In this document: positions 28,747 through 37,558 of the stretch, in pieces
Layout of the letters: each line of letters starts with the position of its first letter
How positions within the stretch are numbered: position 1 is the stretch's first letter
Source: Verrucomicrobiaceae bacterium
Lineage (GTDB): Bacteria > Verrucomicrobiota > Verrucomicrobiia > Verrucomicrobiales > Akkermansiaceae
NCBI GenBank assembly: GCA_051252135.1
Contig: JBPOGH010000001.1
Coordinates: 576,001 to 640,000, forward strand
DNA: 64,000 nt
Direction of reading: 5' to 3'
Notes under the pieces: generated by a model
Database searches by the model: none
What the model was told of the DNA's origin: nothing
The model's input: the letters and a program-made list of their open reading frames with translations, nothing else
Program-made: the position numbers and the translations under genes

Positions 28747-30680
28747 GCACCGACAATTCGTCAGAGAAAGTGCAACGGCTCGTCACCGCGCTGATTGATG
28801 ATCGTTTGGATGAAGCCGGCGCCGGGGAACTGAACCGGCTCCTGTCCTCGTCCGCCGAACACCGCGCCTACTACCGCAAGCAAATCGATTTTGAATCGAG
28901 AATGAGATGGCTGCTTGCGAACTCTGAGACAGATGAATCCCAGAATGAGCCGCTCATTGGTGAAACTGTCATTTCGCCCCATCCAAGAAGCCGCAGAGGC
29001 CCCATCATCGCCCTCATCGGGAGCATCGCTGCCTGCATCGTCGGATACCTTTCCCTCACCAAACAATCCTCTTTTCTCCCGGAAGTGGCGGATTCGGTCA
29101 ACATCAGAACAAAGGCCTTCGTCTTCAGTTCCTCAAGTGCACGCTGGGACGAAAATTCACGACAAGCGGCAGAGGGAATCGAATTGGAAAACAGAGTCTA
29201 CAAACTCCTTGAAGGATTCGTCTCTCTTCAGATTGGCAAGGGTGTTCAGGTCTTCATTGAGGCCCCCTGTGAATTTGAACCGGAGCACGACATGCTCTTC
29301 CACCTCCACAAAGGACGGGCCAACATCGAAGTTACCGAAGATGGCCATGGATTTATCATGCGCACTCCGGCGGGTGACTTCATCGATTTCGGGACGCGTT
29401 TCGGGGTTGCCGTCGGAAATGATGAATCTGGCAATGATGTCGTCATGTCCGAAGTCTTTACAGGGGAAGTCAGGATGGAGCCGCGTGACCGGGACGCATC
29501 AGTTTCCGAAATGCTGGTGGAGGGAGACGCCCGTGGCCTTCTTGGAAGGAAGAGCTACGTGGAAATTTCCCACACCATCGATCAACGCCCCTTCAAATTG
29601 AACTTTAGCCGTTACACCGGGACCCAAGCCTTTAGTCGCTACAAACTCCTCGAAGACTACAACCTGGCTCTGGGAAAAGAGGTGCTGGGGAATCATTTCT
29701 ATCATAGCGCTGAGGGCGAAACATTCCCCTGCTCAAACATCACCGATGGACGGGTGAACGATAGCGGATTCCCGGGAGATTGGTCCTTCTGGCTCGCCCC
29801 TAATCATCATCCCACCTCGGAACTCACCATCGACCTCGGAGAAGAATTCTCAATCGATTGCATTCAGGTCTTCAACACCCGTAACAGGCACCACGGAGAT
29901 CGAGGCACCAACCTCTTTGAAATCTACAGCGGGACCGACCCAAGCACCCTGAAAAAAATAGGAGCCGGCCGGCTCGCCAAAATTGAAAGCACTCTTTCCG
30001 CCGGAGACGCCCCTGTGGGTGAAACTTACACCTTCTCCCCTCGAAAAGCCCGCTACGTAAAACTCGTGTTGCGGAGCTTCTATGCCAGTGCGCCCAAATC
30101 GTCCTCTGCCGGTCTCAATGAAGTCCGTGTTTTCGGAGAAGATCTCCCGGCGGATCTTCGAAACGAAATCACCAAAGGTGCCCGTCGCCTCCCTGAAGAC
30201 TCCCTCCCTACCCGGAACCTTGCCCTTGGCCGCTTCATCCGGAGCAGAGATCAGCACGATGGTTCCAGCATGGCCTACCGTGCTATTGACGGTCTCATTG
30301 ATGACGCCGCCATCACCGAAGACACCCTTTCCCGCTGGCTCGCCCCCGACAACTCGGGCGGAGAATTCACCATCGATCTCGGAACCGTTTACCAACTTGA
30401 TTCCCTGGAACTCCAAAATACCTCCAACGGAAAACATCTGGATCGAGGCACCAAGGATTTCCTCATTTTCCTCTCTCATGACGGGGAGCACTTCCACGAG
30501 CAAGCAAGAGGCATATTCCCCCCCTTAAATCATGCTTCCCCATTTGTCATCGTGCCCATGGAGAACGCGAAAGCACGCTACATCCGCTTTGTCGCCAAAT
30601 CTTTCTACGGAAAAGGCGCCGGACTCAGTGAACTAAAAGCATTCGAAACCACGAACCCCTCGGAAAATGGTTCAAAATAA
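28743..30680 (+). CDS. FecR-domain anti-sigma with two F5/8-type C (discoidin-like) domains
   Basis: ATGA overlap; TM helix; 'FIDFGTRFGVAV...EVFTGEV'; two 'NLALG...TIDLG...ARY...GLxE' repeats. Confidence 0.88.
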   Translation: MSTDNSSEKVQRLVTALIDDRLDEAGAGELNRLLSSSAEHRAYYRKQIDFESRMRWLLANSETDESQNEPLIGETVISPHPRSRRGPIIALIGSIAACIVGYLSLTKQSSFLPEVADSVNIRTKAFVFSSSSARWDENSRQAAEGIELENRVYKLLEGFVSLQIGKGVQVFIEAPCEFEPEHDMLFHLHKGRANIEVTEDGHGFIMRTPAGDFIDFGTRFGVAVGNDESGNDVVMSEVFTGEVRMEPRDRDASVSEMLVEGDARGLLGRKSYVEISHTIDQRPFKLNFSRYTGTQAFSRYKLLEDYNLALGKEVLGNHFYHSAEGETFPCSNITDGRVNDSGFPGDWSFWLAPNHHPTSELTIDLGEEFSIDCIQVFNTRNRHHGDRGTNLFEIYSGTDPSTLKKIGAGRLAKIESTLSAGDAPVGETYTFSPRKARYVKLVLRSFYASAPKSSSAGLNEVRVFGEDLPADLRNEITKGARRLPEDSLPTRNLALGRFIRSRDQHDGSSMAYRAIDGLIDDAAITEDTLSRWLAPDNSGGEFTIDLGTVYQLDSLELQNTSNGKHLDRGTKDFLIFLSHDGEHFHEQARGIFPPLNHASPFVIVPMENAKARYIRFVAKSFYGKGAGLSELKAFETTNPSENGSK

Positions 30681-31782
30681 TCTCGACCCTGCCAACCGCC
30701 CTCCCAAGCCCAAGGTCGGAGTCATCATTGGCTCCGACAACCCCCATACCTTGGGATATCTGCAGGGCATTCGAGAATACTCCGAGGAACAGGGAGGCTG
30801 GAATCTCTACGGGCGGAATCTACCTTGTTGTCATGACATTTCAGACCTTACCTCGTGGAAAGGTGATGGATTCATCGTTGGAGATCACACTGCTGTTTTC
30901 AAGCCCTCCAGGCCTGCCCCGACCGTCGGATTGGGAATCCAGCTCCAGGGCCCTTCCGTGGTTCTCGAGCAGGACCTATGGCTCTCTGCTGCGTTGGAGC
31001 ATCTCATTGAACAAGGGTTGCGAACCTTTGCCTATTACTCGAACTCGACGACTCCGGATGAAACGTATCTATTCAGAATCGCCCACCGCTTGAACTACCC
31101 GTTCCAGAAGCTCTGCCGGAATACATTGGAGTCTTGCCTGGATTCCCACGACGAACCGGTCGGGATCATCACTCCTGACTGCACACACGCCGTAGAACTC
31201 TGCCATGTGGCTCAAAAAGTAGGAATCAGAATCCCAAATGACCTCTCGATCGTTTCTCTGAGAGATGATGCTCATTGCTCCGTTGCCTCTCCCAAAATAT
31301 CCTGTCTCTCCTACCCCTCACGGGAAATTGGCTATCAGGCAGCCCGCACTCTCCATCGTCAGCTGAAGAAGCTTCCCGTGGAATCCACCACTGCGGTGCG
31401 CTCGAACCGCATCAACGCGCGCCTTTCCAGCTCCACTCTCCAGTGCTCTGATCCCATTATTCAAGATGCCTTGCGCTTCATTCATAGAAACATTGACCAC
31501 TCCCCGGTCAAAGTCAGTGACTTGGCCAAAGCACTCGGAATTTCTCGCGCAAACCTCACCGAACGTTTTCAAAAAACATTGGGAAGCCCTCCTGCAGAGA
31601 TCATTCGTCACAAGCGCTTGGCTGCAGCAATGCAGCTCCTCGACCAACCGGGAGAAATGGTCAAAAGCATTGCCATTTCCATGGGATTCTCATCCAGCCA
31701 GGAATTTGCCCGCTTCTTCAAAAACACCGCCGGTGTCACTCCAACCCAATATGTTAAGTCCGACTCCGCGTGGACCAAATGA
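30667..31782 (+). CDS. XylR-type regulator (LacI-type sensor plus AraC HTH)
   Basis: 'IRIPNDLSIV...SPKIS...IGYQAA...ISMGFSSSQEFARFFKNTAGVTPTQY'. Confidence 0.88.
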   Translation: MVQNNLDPANRPPKPKVGVIIGSDNPHTLGYLQGIREYSEEQGGWNLYGRNLPCCHDISDLTSWKGDGFIVGDHTAVFKPSRPAPTVGLGIQLQGPSVVLEQDLWLSAALEHLIEQGLRTFAYYSNSTTPDETYLFRIAHRLNYPFQKLCRNTLESCLDSHDEPVGIITPDCTHAVELCHVAQKVGIRIPNDLSIVSLRDDAHCSVASPKISCLSYPSREIGYQAARTLHRQLKKLPVESTTAVRSNRINARLSSSTLQCSDPIIQDALRFIHRNIDHSPVKVSDLAKALGISRANLTERFQKTLGSPPAEIIRHKRLAAAMQLLDQPGEMVKSIAISMGFSSSQEFARFFKNTAGVTPTQYVKSDSAWTK

Positions 31783-31807
31783 ACCATATTCAGACAAAAT
31801 CAGACAC
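31772..31807 (+). promoter_or_regulatory. 36-bp conserved box, copy 1 (candidate AraC/XylR operator)
   Basis: 29/36 identical, ungapped, to 32745-32780; both end 88 nt before a PEP-CTERM ATG. Confidence 0.65.
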
Positions 31808-31894
31808 GTCTATGCTCTTTGAAACGCGATCTGTCAGACAGACTAGCCTGCGCTAGGTCCGTGTTGACCATGACATTCTCAAAACACAAAACAC

Positions 31895-32602
31895 ATGAAA
31901 CTAAAACCAGTCATCATTACTGCCACCCTCCTGGGATGCGCCACTTCAGTCCATGCCGCCCTCATCAACTACTCCCTGTCCAGTCAGACAGCCGTCCCGG
32001 GTCAAACCGGTGCTGGCGTTCTTGGAGTGTCCACTGACCTCTGGCAAAACCATGTCGTTACCGTGGATGCCGATGGCAACACGGTCACCGATCAGGTGCT
32101 TAACGACGCATCAGGAGCAGCGACCGTAGCGACAGTTTCCCATTTCGGATTTCGACGTCACAATACTGCCGGTCAAACACAGGCCTCAGGCAGTGAATCA
32201 CCGTTGCAGGCCAGCGTTTACATGCGCCACCTGAATGAAAGTTCGAGCATCACAATCAAGAATCTCGAGCCGGGCAGCTCCGCAAATCTCGTGCTATTTG
32301 CCACCTATCACCTTTCCGGCATCAATCGTGGCACCTCGTTCACCATCGACGCGACTACACTGTCCACCACAGGAGCCGGCGCAAGTACCACCGCAACCCT
32401 CACAGCCGGACAAAACTACGTTCAGTTCACCGGACTGACGATTCCTCCTAGTGGAGAGCTTGACATTGCCATCGCCGGCAATGCCACAAACTTCTCTGAC
32501 TTCAACGGATTTCAGTTGGACGCTACCATCGCCCCGGAGCCAAGCAGCCTCCTCCTCAGCGGAGTTGCCCTTCTGGGACTCATTCGCCGCAAACGTTCCT
32601 AA
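31895..32602 (+). CDS. PEP-CTERM sorting domain protein
   Basis: Signal peptide; ends 'IAPEPSSLLLSGVALLGLIRRKRS'. Confidence 0.92.
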   Translation: MKLKPVIITATLLGCATSVHAALINYSLSSQTAVPGQTGAGVLGVSTDLWQNHVVTVDADGNTVTDQVLNDASGAATVATVSHFGFRRHNTAGQTQASGSESPLQASVYMRHLNESSSITIKNLEPGSSANLVLFATYHLSGINRGTSFTIDATTLSTTGAGASTTATLTAGQNYVQFTGLTIPPSGELDIAIAGNATNFSDFNGFQLDATIAPEPSSLLLSGVALLGLIRRKRS

Positions 32603-32629
32603 TCGTTTATCTGATCTACGAATTTTCAC

Positions 32630-32660
32630 ACCCCGGGCCTTGGATGGCTCGGGGTATGTT
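32630..32660 (+). terminator. Hairpin after PEP-CTERM gene (weak U tract)
   Basis: ACCCCGGGCC-TTGGAT-GGCTCGGGGT followed by ATGTT; paralogous to 33604-33639. Confidence 0.55.
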
Positions 32661-32744
32661 CAACTACGATATTCTTGATGCCCGCCCCAATAAAAAGATC
32701 GCTGGCGTCAACCCAATCTGACAAATTGAGCCAGACTCCGTAGG

Positions 32745-32780
32745 GGACAAAACGAACCGCTTTCATACAAAAACAGACAC
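32745..32780 (+). promoter_or_regulatory. 36-bp conserved box, copy 2
   Basis: GGACAAAACGAACCGCTTTCATACAAAAACAGACAC; see copy 1. Confidence 0.65.
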
Positions 32781-32867
32781 ATCCGGGCTCTACCTCCCCC
32801 GGAACCTCTCAGACAATTCACCAAACGGATGGAAGATACCCCCTTCAACCTTAAAGAAATTCTCACT

Positions 32868-33578
32868 ATGATAAAAAAAACAACATTAACGACCCTTACG
32901 GGTGTTGTAGCCATGACCTCTCTCGCGACTGGTGCAACTCTAATTGACTCCTCTGGAATCGCCGTGATTTCCGATGCTGCGCCCGACAACAACAGTGCAA
33001 ACTTTGCAGTAACAAACGTTCTCGACGGCGAAACTACGGAAGGTTGGCGCAATGCCACCAACTACGATCCCAACAATCCGGCCGGCGCATTCCCCGGCAC
33101 TGGCGTCAACCGTCCTGCGCAGCACCAAAACAACCACTACATCACTGAAGATGGAACCCAAACGGCCATTCTGACTTTTGATTTGGGCGGCACGTATGAC
33201 CTTGAACGAATTGACCTCCTCAATACTTCCAACACTGCTTGGAATGATCGCGAGACGGCCACTTTTTCAATCTCATCTTCAACAGATGGCACCAACTTCG
33301 CCTCACTTGTCGCTCTGACTGCACTGCAAAACTACACCGATGGTTTCCAGGCCGTTTCTGCAGTGGCCTCGGGAGTCACTCACGTTCAGATTACCATTAA
33401 CAACGACTCTGGAACAGGCACCGAACCCGGTGAACTCAGTCCCGGAACCCTCGCTTCAGCAAACGACACCGCCGTTGGCCTCAACGAGGTTCGTTTCTAC
33501 CAAACGGTTCCGGAACCTTCTTCCGCTCTGTTGGGTGGTGTCGCACTTCTCGGACTCCTTCGCCGTAAGCGCGCCTAA
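32868..33578 (+). CDS. PEP-CTERM protein with discoidin-like (F5/8-type C) domain
   Basis: Signal peptide; 'LTFDLGGTYDL...NTSN...DRET...GLNEVRFY'; 'VPEPSSALLGGVALLGLLRRKRA'. Confidence 0.9.
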   Translation: MIKKTTLTTLTGVVAMTSLATGATLIDSSGIAVISDAAPDNNSANFAVTNVLDGETTEGWRNATNYDPNNPAGAFPGTGVNRPAQHQNNHYITEDGTQTAILTFDLGGTYDLERIDLLNTSNTAWNDRETATFSISSSTDGTNFASLVALTALQNYTDGFQAVSAVASGVTHVQITINNDSGTGTEPGELSPGTLASANDTAVGLNEVRFYQTVPEPSSALLGGVALLGLLRRKRA

Positions 33579-33603
33579 TCGTTCTTTCGATTATCGAATT
33601 TTC

Positions 33604-33639
33604 ACACCCCCGGCCCCGGACGGCTCGGGGTGTTTTTTT
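33604..33639 (+). terminator. Intrinsic terminator
   Basis: ACACCCCCGGCC-CCGGAC-GGCTCGGGGTGT followed by a T run. Confidence 0.7.
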
Positions 33640-33739
33640 GTCTATGACTCCCACTGCGGGCGACCTGCCAATCATCCGGTTCTCGGTTGCTTTGAAACAC
33701 AAGCCGTCCAAACTGCTACCGACCAACTAATCCCACCTT

Positions 33740-36700
33740 ATGCGACTCATATTGATCATCACGGCATTCGTCACACTTGTCTCGAATGCCCGGGAATGGA
33801 CTGCGGCAGAGACCGAATCCTTTCAGGAGTCAGCTCGGGATCAACTCGGAGATATCGTGGAATTGCTTCGCGAAGGAAATCCCGAAGAACTCGCAGACTA
33901 CCTCGCATCTCCACATTCCGCTGTCGCCGGATCACTTCGCCCCTCATCCGAGCACGCCCTTTTGAATTCAACCAACGGAGGGATCACCACTCTTCGCTGG
34001 GAAGGTTCACCAGATGACACGCCACGTTCATTGGGCCTCGCTTTTGAAGAACTCTCCTCCAGTTGGCCGAAAGGCGGTGAGCCACGATTGAAGGTGAAAA
34101 ACTTTGATGTTCGCGTTCAGCCCGGTGGAAAGGAAATTGCGACCAGCACGGACTACGACGCCTTCATACAGGGAACGGAACGCTCCGTTCAACAGATCGG
34201 AAAATGGCGCTGCCTCTGGCAAATCGCAGACGAACCTGAAGCTCCTCCCCTCCTCAAATCAATCACCCTGCTCGAGCTGACTGAAACCACTTCCTCAAGA
34301 AGCGGACATCTCCTCAAAGATGTCACCCTCCCCGTTCTCGGCGACCTGCCCGCGTTTCAAAACATCCTCGCAAAAGGCGCAAACTATTGGATTCCCCGCC
34401 TCCCTCGCCTCAAACACCGATTCCAACATGGCTTGGCCGTCGGTGACCTCAATGGAGACGGCCTTGAAGAAATCTACCTCTGCCAACCCGAGGGCATTCC
34501 AAACATTCTCCTCATGCGACAGCCCGACGGATCAGTCCGTGATGCCGCCGCTGATTACGGGCTGAACTTCCGCGATATCTCAACCAGCGCGCTTTTTGCG
34601 GATTTCGATAATGACGGTGACCAGGACCTCGTCATCACCTTCCGCTCTCCCATCGATTTTTTCGAAAACGTCGGGGGAAAATTCATCCGTCGTCATTCGC
34701 TTCCCCATCGTGGGCAGGTCTTCAATCTCGCTGCTGCTGATTACGATTCCGACGGTTTCCTCGATCTCTACGTTTGCCAATATCAGAACCTTGATGAGCT
34801 CGGCCGCGCACCCGGTGCCATCCCCTTGCACGATGCCAAAAATGGCGGAAAAAACTCGCTCCACCGAAATCTCGGGAATTGGAAATTCGAGGACGTCACC
34901 ACATCCGTTGGACTCGATCAAAACAACGACCGCTGGACCGTCGCCGCAAGCTGGGAAGACTTCGATCGCGACGGCGACCTCGACCTCTACTGCGCGAATG
35001 ACTACGGACGGAATAATTTCTACCGCTGCGACACCGCAAAAGACGGCATCATCTCCTTCACCGACATTGCGCCCGAAACCGGGGTCGAAGACATGACCAC
35101 GAGCATGGGCATCAGCTGGGGCGACCCCAACCGGGATGGCATTCCCGATATTTATGTCTCAAACATGTATTCCTCGGCCGGACGCCGAATTGCCTTCCAA
35201 AAAGACTTCAAACGAAACATCGCCAAATCAACCACCGATCACGTCAAAGCCTGGCAACATGCAGCCATGGGAAACTCTCTCTTCCAGGGCCGTGCCGATG
35301 GCTCCTTTGTCCACGCCAGCAAAGTCTCCCGCGTTTACAAAGGGCGCTGGTCTTGGGGCACAACCTTTGCCGATCTCAATCATGATGGCTGGGATGACCT
35401 TCTCGTGGCCAATGGCTTCATCACTGGAATTGGAACCCTCCCCGACCTCTGAAGTTTTTACTGGCGACAAGTTGTGTCGCATGCCCCTGTCGAGGCCTCG
35501 GATTACCAGGGAGAAGAACTCGCTTACGCCAAAGCAACCGAAGAACTCAACAGCTTGGTCGATGCCGGAACTCCGTGGAGCGGCAGCGAAAGGAACCAAG
35601 TCTTTCTCAATCTCGGAAAGCAACTTGGGAACGATAAATCAACCGAATTCGCCGACATCTCGGCCGTCGCCGGCTTCGATTTTCCTGATGACTCCCGCGG
35701 CCTCACCTCACTGGATTGGGACCTCGATGGTGACCTTGATTTCCTAACCACCAATCGCACCGCACCCCGCGTGCGCCTCTTTGAAAATCAATTTCCACTC
35801 CGTGATCGATCATCTCTTTCAGTGAAGCTGATAGGAACCAAAGTGAATCGGGACGCCATTGGCAGCAGAGTGGAATTAACCATCACCAATGACAAAAAAG
35901 AAAAAACCTTACTCCACCGCACTCTCACCGCCGGACACGGTTTCCTGAGCCAGGCCAGCAAGTGGATCCACTTTGGAATCCCGGAAAACACTCGGATCGA
36001 AACGCTCACCGTTTTTTGGGATGGCCAAACCAAAGAGAATTTCCCTGACCTCAAAGCTGGCGGCTTCTTTCAGTTGAAACAGGGAACCCAAAAACCTTCA
36101 CCCTGGAATCCCCCCTTCAAACCAGCCATCCCAAGCTCCAGCGAATACGAGTTGGAACCTCTGTCCCCCACTTCGATGGCCCACCTCGAGCGCCCGCTCC
36201 CACTCCCCGATCTTCCTGTCATCGACCAATCGGGAAAAGAAACCAATCTCAGCTTCCCGCTCGATAAGCCCATTCTCCTCAATCTTTGGGCCACATGGTG
36301 CCCGGACTGCGCCGGAGAACTCACGGACTTTGCAGCACATCGCAGCGACTTCGAAAAAACAGGAGTGGAACTTGTTACGCTCTGCGTCGATATCCAGCTG
36401 GGCGATGCCGAAGGACGCGCCAAAGCATTGAAAATCCTATCGGAAAAGGGAGTCACCTCACGTCCCCTGTTTGTCACCGGGAAGACCCTCGACCTCATTC
36501 ATCTCTGTCACGCCGTCCCCTTCATCCGCCCGGAACAACTCCCCGCACCCAGCTCGCTCCTGATCACCGCAGATGGACATCTCCGGACCGTCTTCCGCGG
36601 TGCTGCCGATCAGCATGAACTCATCCTCGCCCTTCAAGCCGCCACTTTGGAAAATGAACAATGGCAGGCTTTCGCCCGCCCCGCAGAAGGACCATGGGTC

Positions 36701-37390
36701 TACGGACCAGATGTAATCGCCTACTCCGGCGTCGCTAAAAGCATGATCGAACAAGATTGGCTCCAAGAAGCCGGAAGCTATCTCCTTGAACGAAAAGACA
36801 GCCTTAAAGATGACGGAAAACTTTACCCTGAACTTCTCATGCTCACGGGGACCCGCTTTTTGGAACAAAATCTCCGGAACCACGGCATTTGCATGCTGGA
36901 AGCAGCCGTCGAAGCGGCGCCAGAACTCGCCGCCGCCCGGAACAATCTCGCCGTCGCCCTCCTTCAAATGAACCGGGGAGCCGAAGCCGTCCCCCATTTG
37001 GAAGCCGCAATCAATGCGGACCCGGACTTCCTCAACCCAAGAATGAATCTTGCCCAGTATCACACCAATACCGGGAATCACGATATCGCCCTCAATCTGA
37101 TCACCCCTGTCTTGCAGAAACAATATCATCCCAAGGCCATTCGAATCCGCGCTCAGATCGAGGTCGCGCGCCAAGATTTTCGAACCCTCCTGAAGACCTT
37201 TCAATTGATCTCTCAAAACGAACCCCAAGATCCTGGCGCCTGGATCAATTTGGGAAAACTCTACCAACAATTCGGTAACACTCGTGAAGCGCTCCATTCA
37301 TTCGAGTCTGCCTCAACCTTGCTCCCTCAAAACAAGCAGCTCATCGCAGCGATCGCACAACTCCGGGAAAAGCTAAAAAATTCAAAATAG
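33740..37390 (+). CDS. FG-GAP/CRTAC1-ASPIC/UnbV + thioredoxin-like (CxxC) + TPR protein with in-frame UGA (candidate selenoprotein, ~1216 aa)
   Basis: ORFs 33740..35452 and 35474..37390 are in the same frame and separated only by TGA at 35450-35452 (PDL*SFYWRQVVSHAP). FG-GAP repeats continue on both sides; ASPIC 'NRDAIGSRV...GFLSQ...IHFG'; 'NLWATWCPDC'; C-terminal TPRs. Confidence 0.72.
35450..35481 (+). promoter_or_regulatory. SECIS-like stem-loop after in-frame UGA
   Basis: TGA, 11 nt, then GCGACA-AGTTG-TGTCGC; the loop starts 18 nt after UGA and has G at its second position followed by U. Confidence 0.55.
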
Positions 37391-37558
37391 CCCCCTCTTT
37401 TTGACACCTCTTTAGCCCAAATGCACCATGTCACCCCTGTATTTCCGGAATATTGGACCTAGGTTAAGTTGTATGTCAGATTAGATGCTCTCCGTCTCAC
37501 TCGTCAAACTCTCGCAACATTACAAACCGCCCACTCGATTCTACGGAATCGCATTCCC

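Noticed and set aside
33340..34017. 225-aa ORF bridging the PEP-CTERM and ASPIC genes
   Set aside because: It overlaps two well-supported genes in another frame, crosses a terminator and has no recognisable motif.
35450..35452. Genome-wide UGA reassignment (code 4 or 25)
   Set aside because: TGA ends well-defined genes here, for example both ECF sigmas with ATGA overlaps and both XylR genes, so any readthrough is site-specific.
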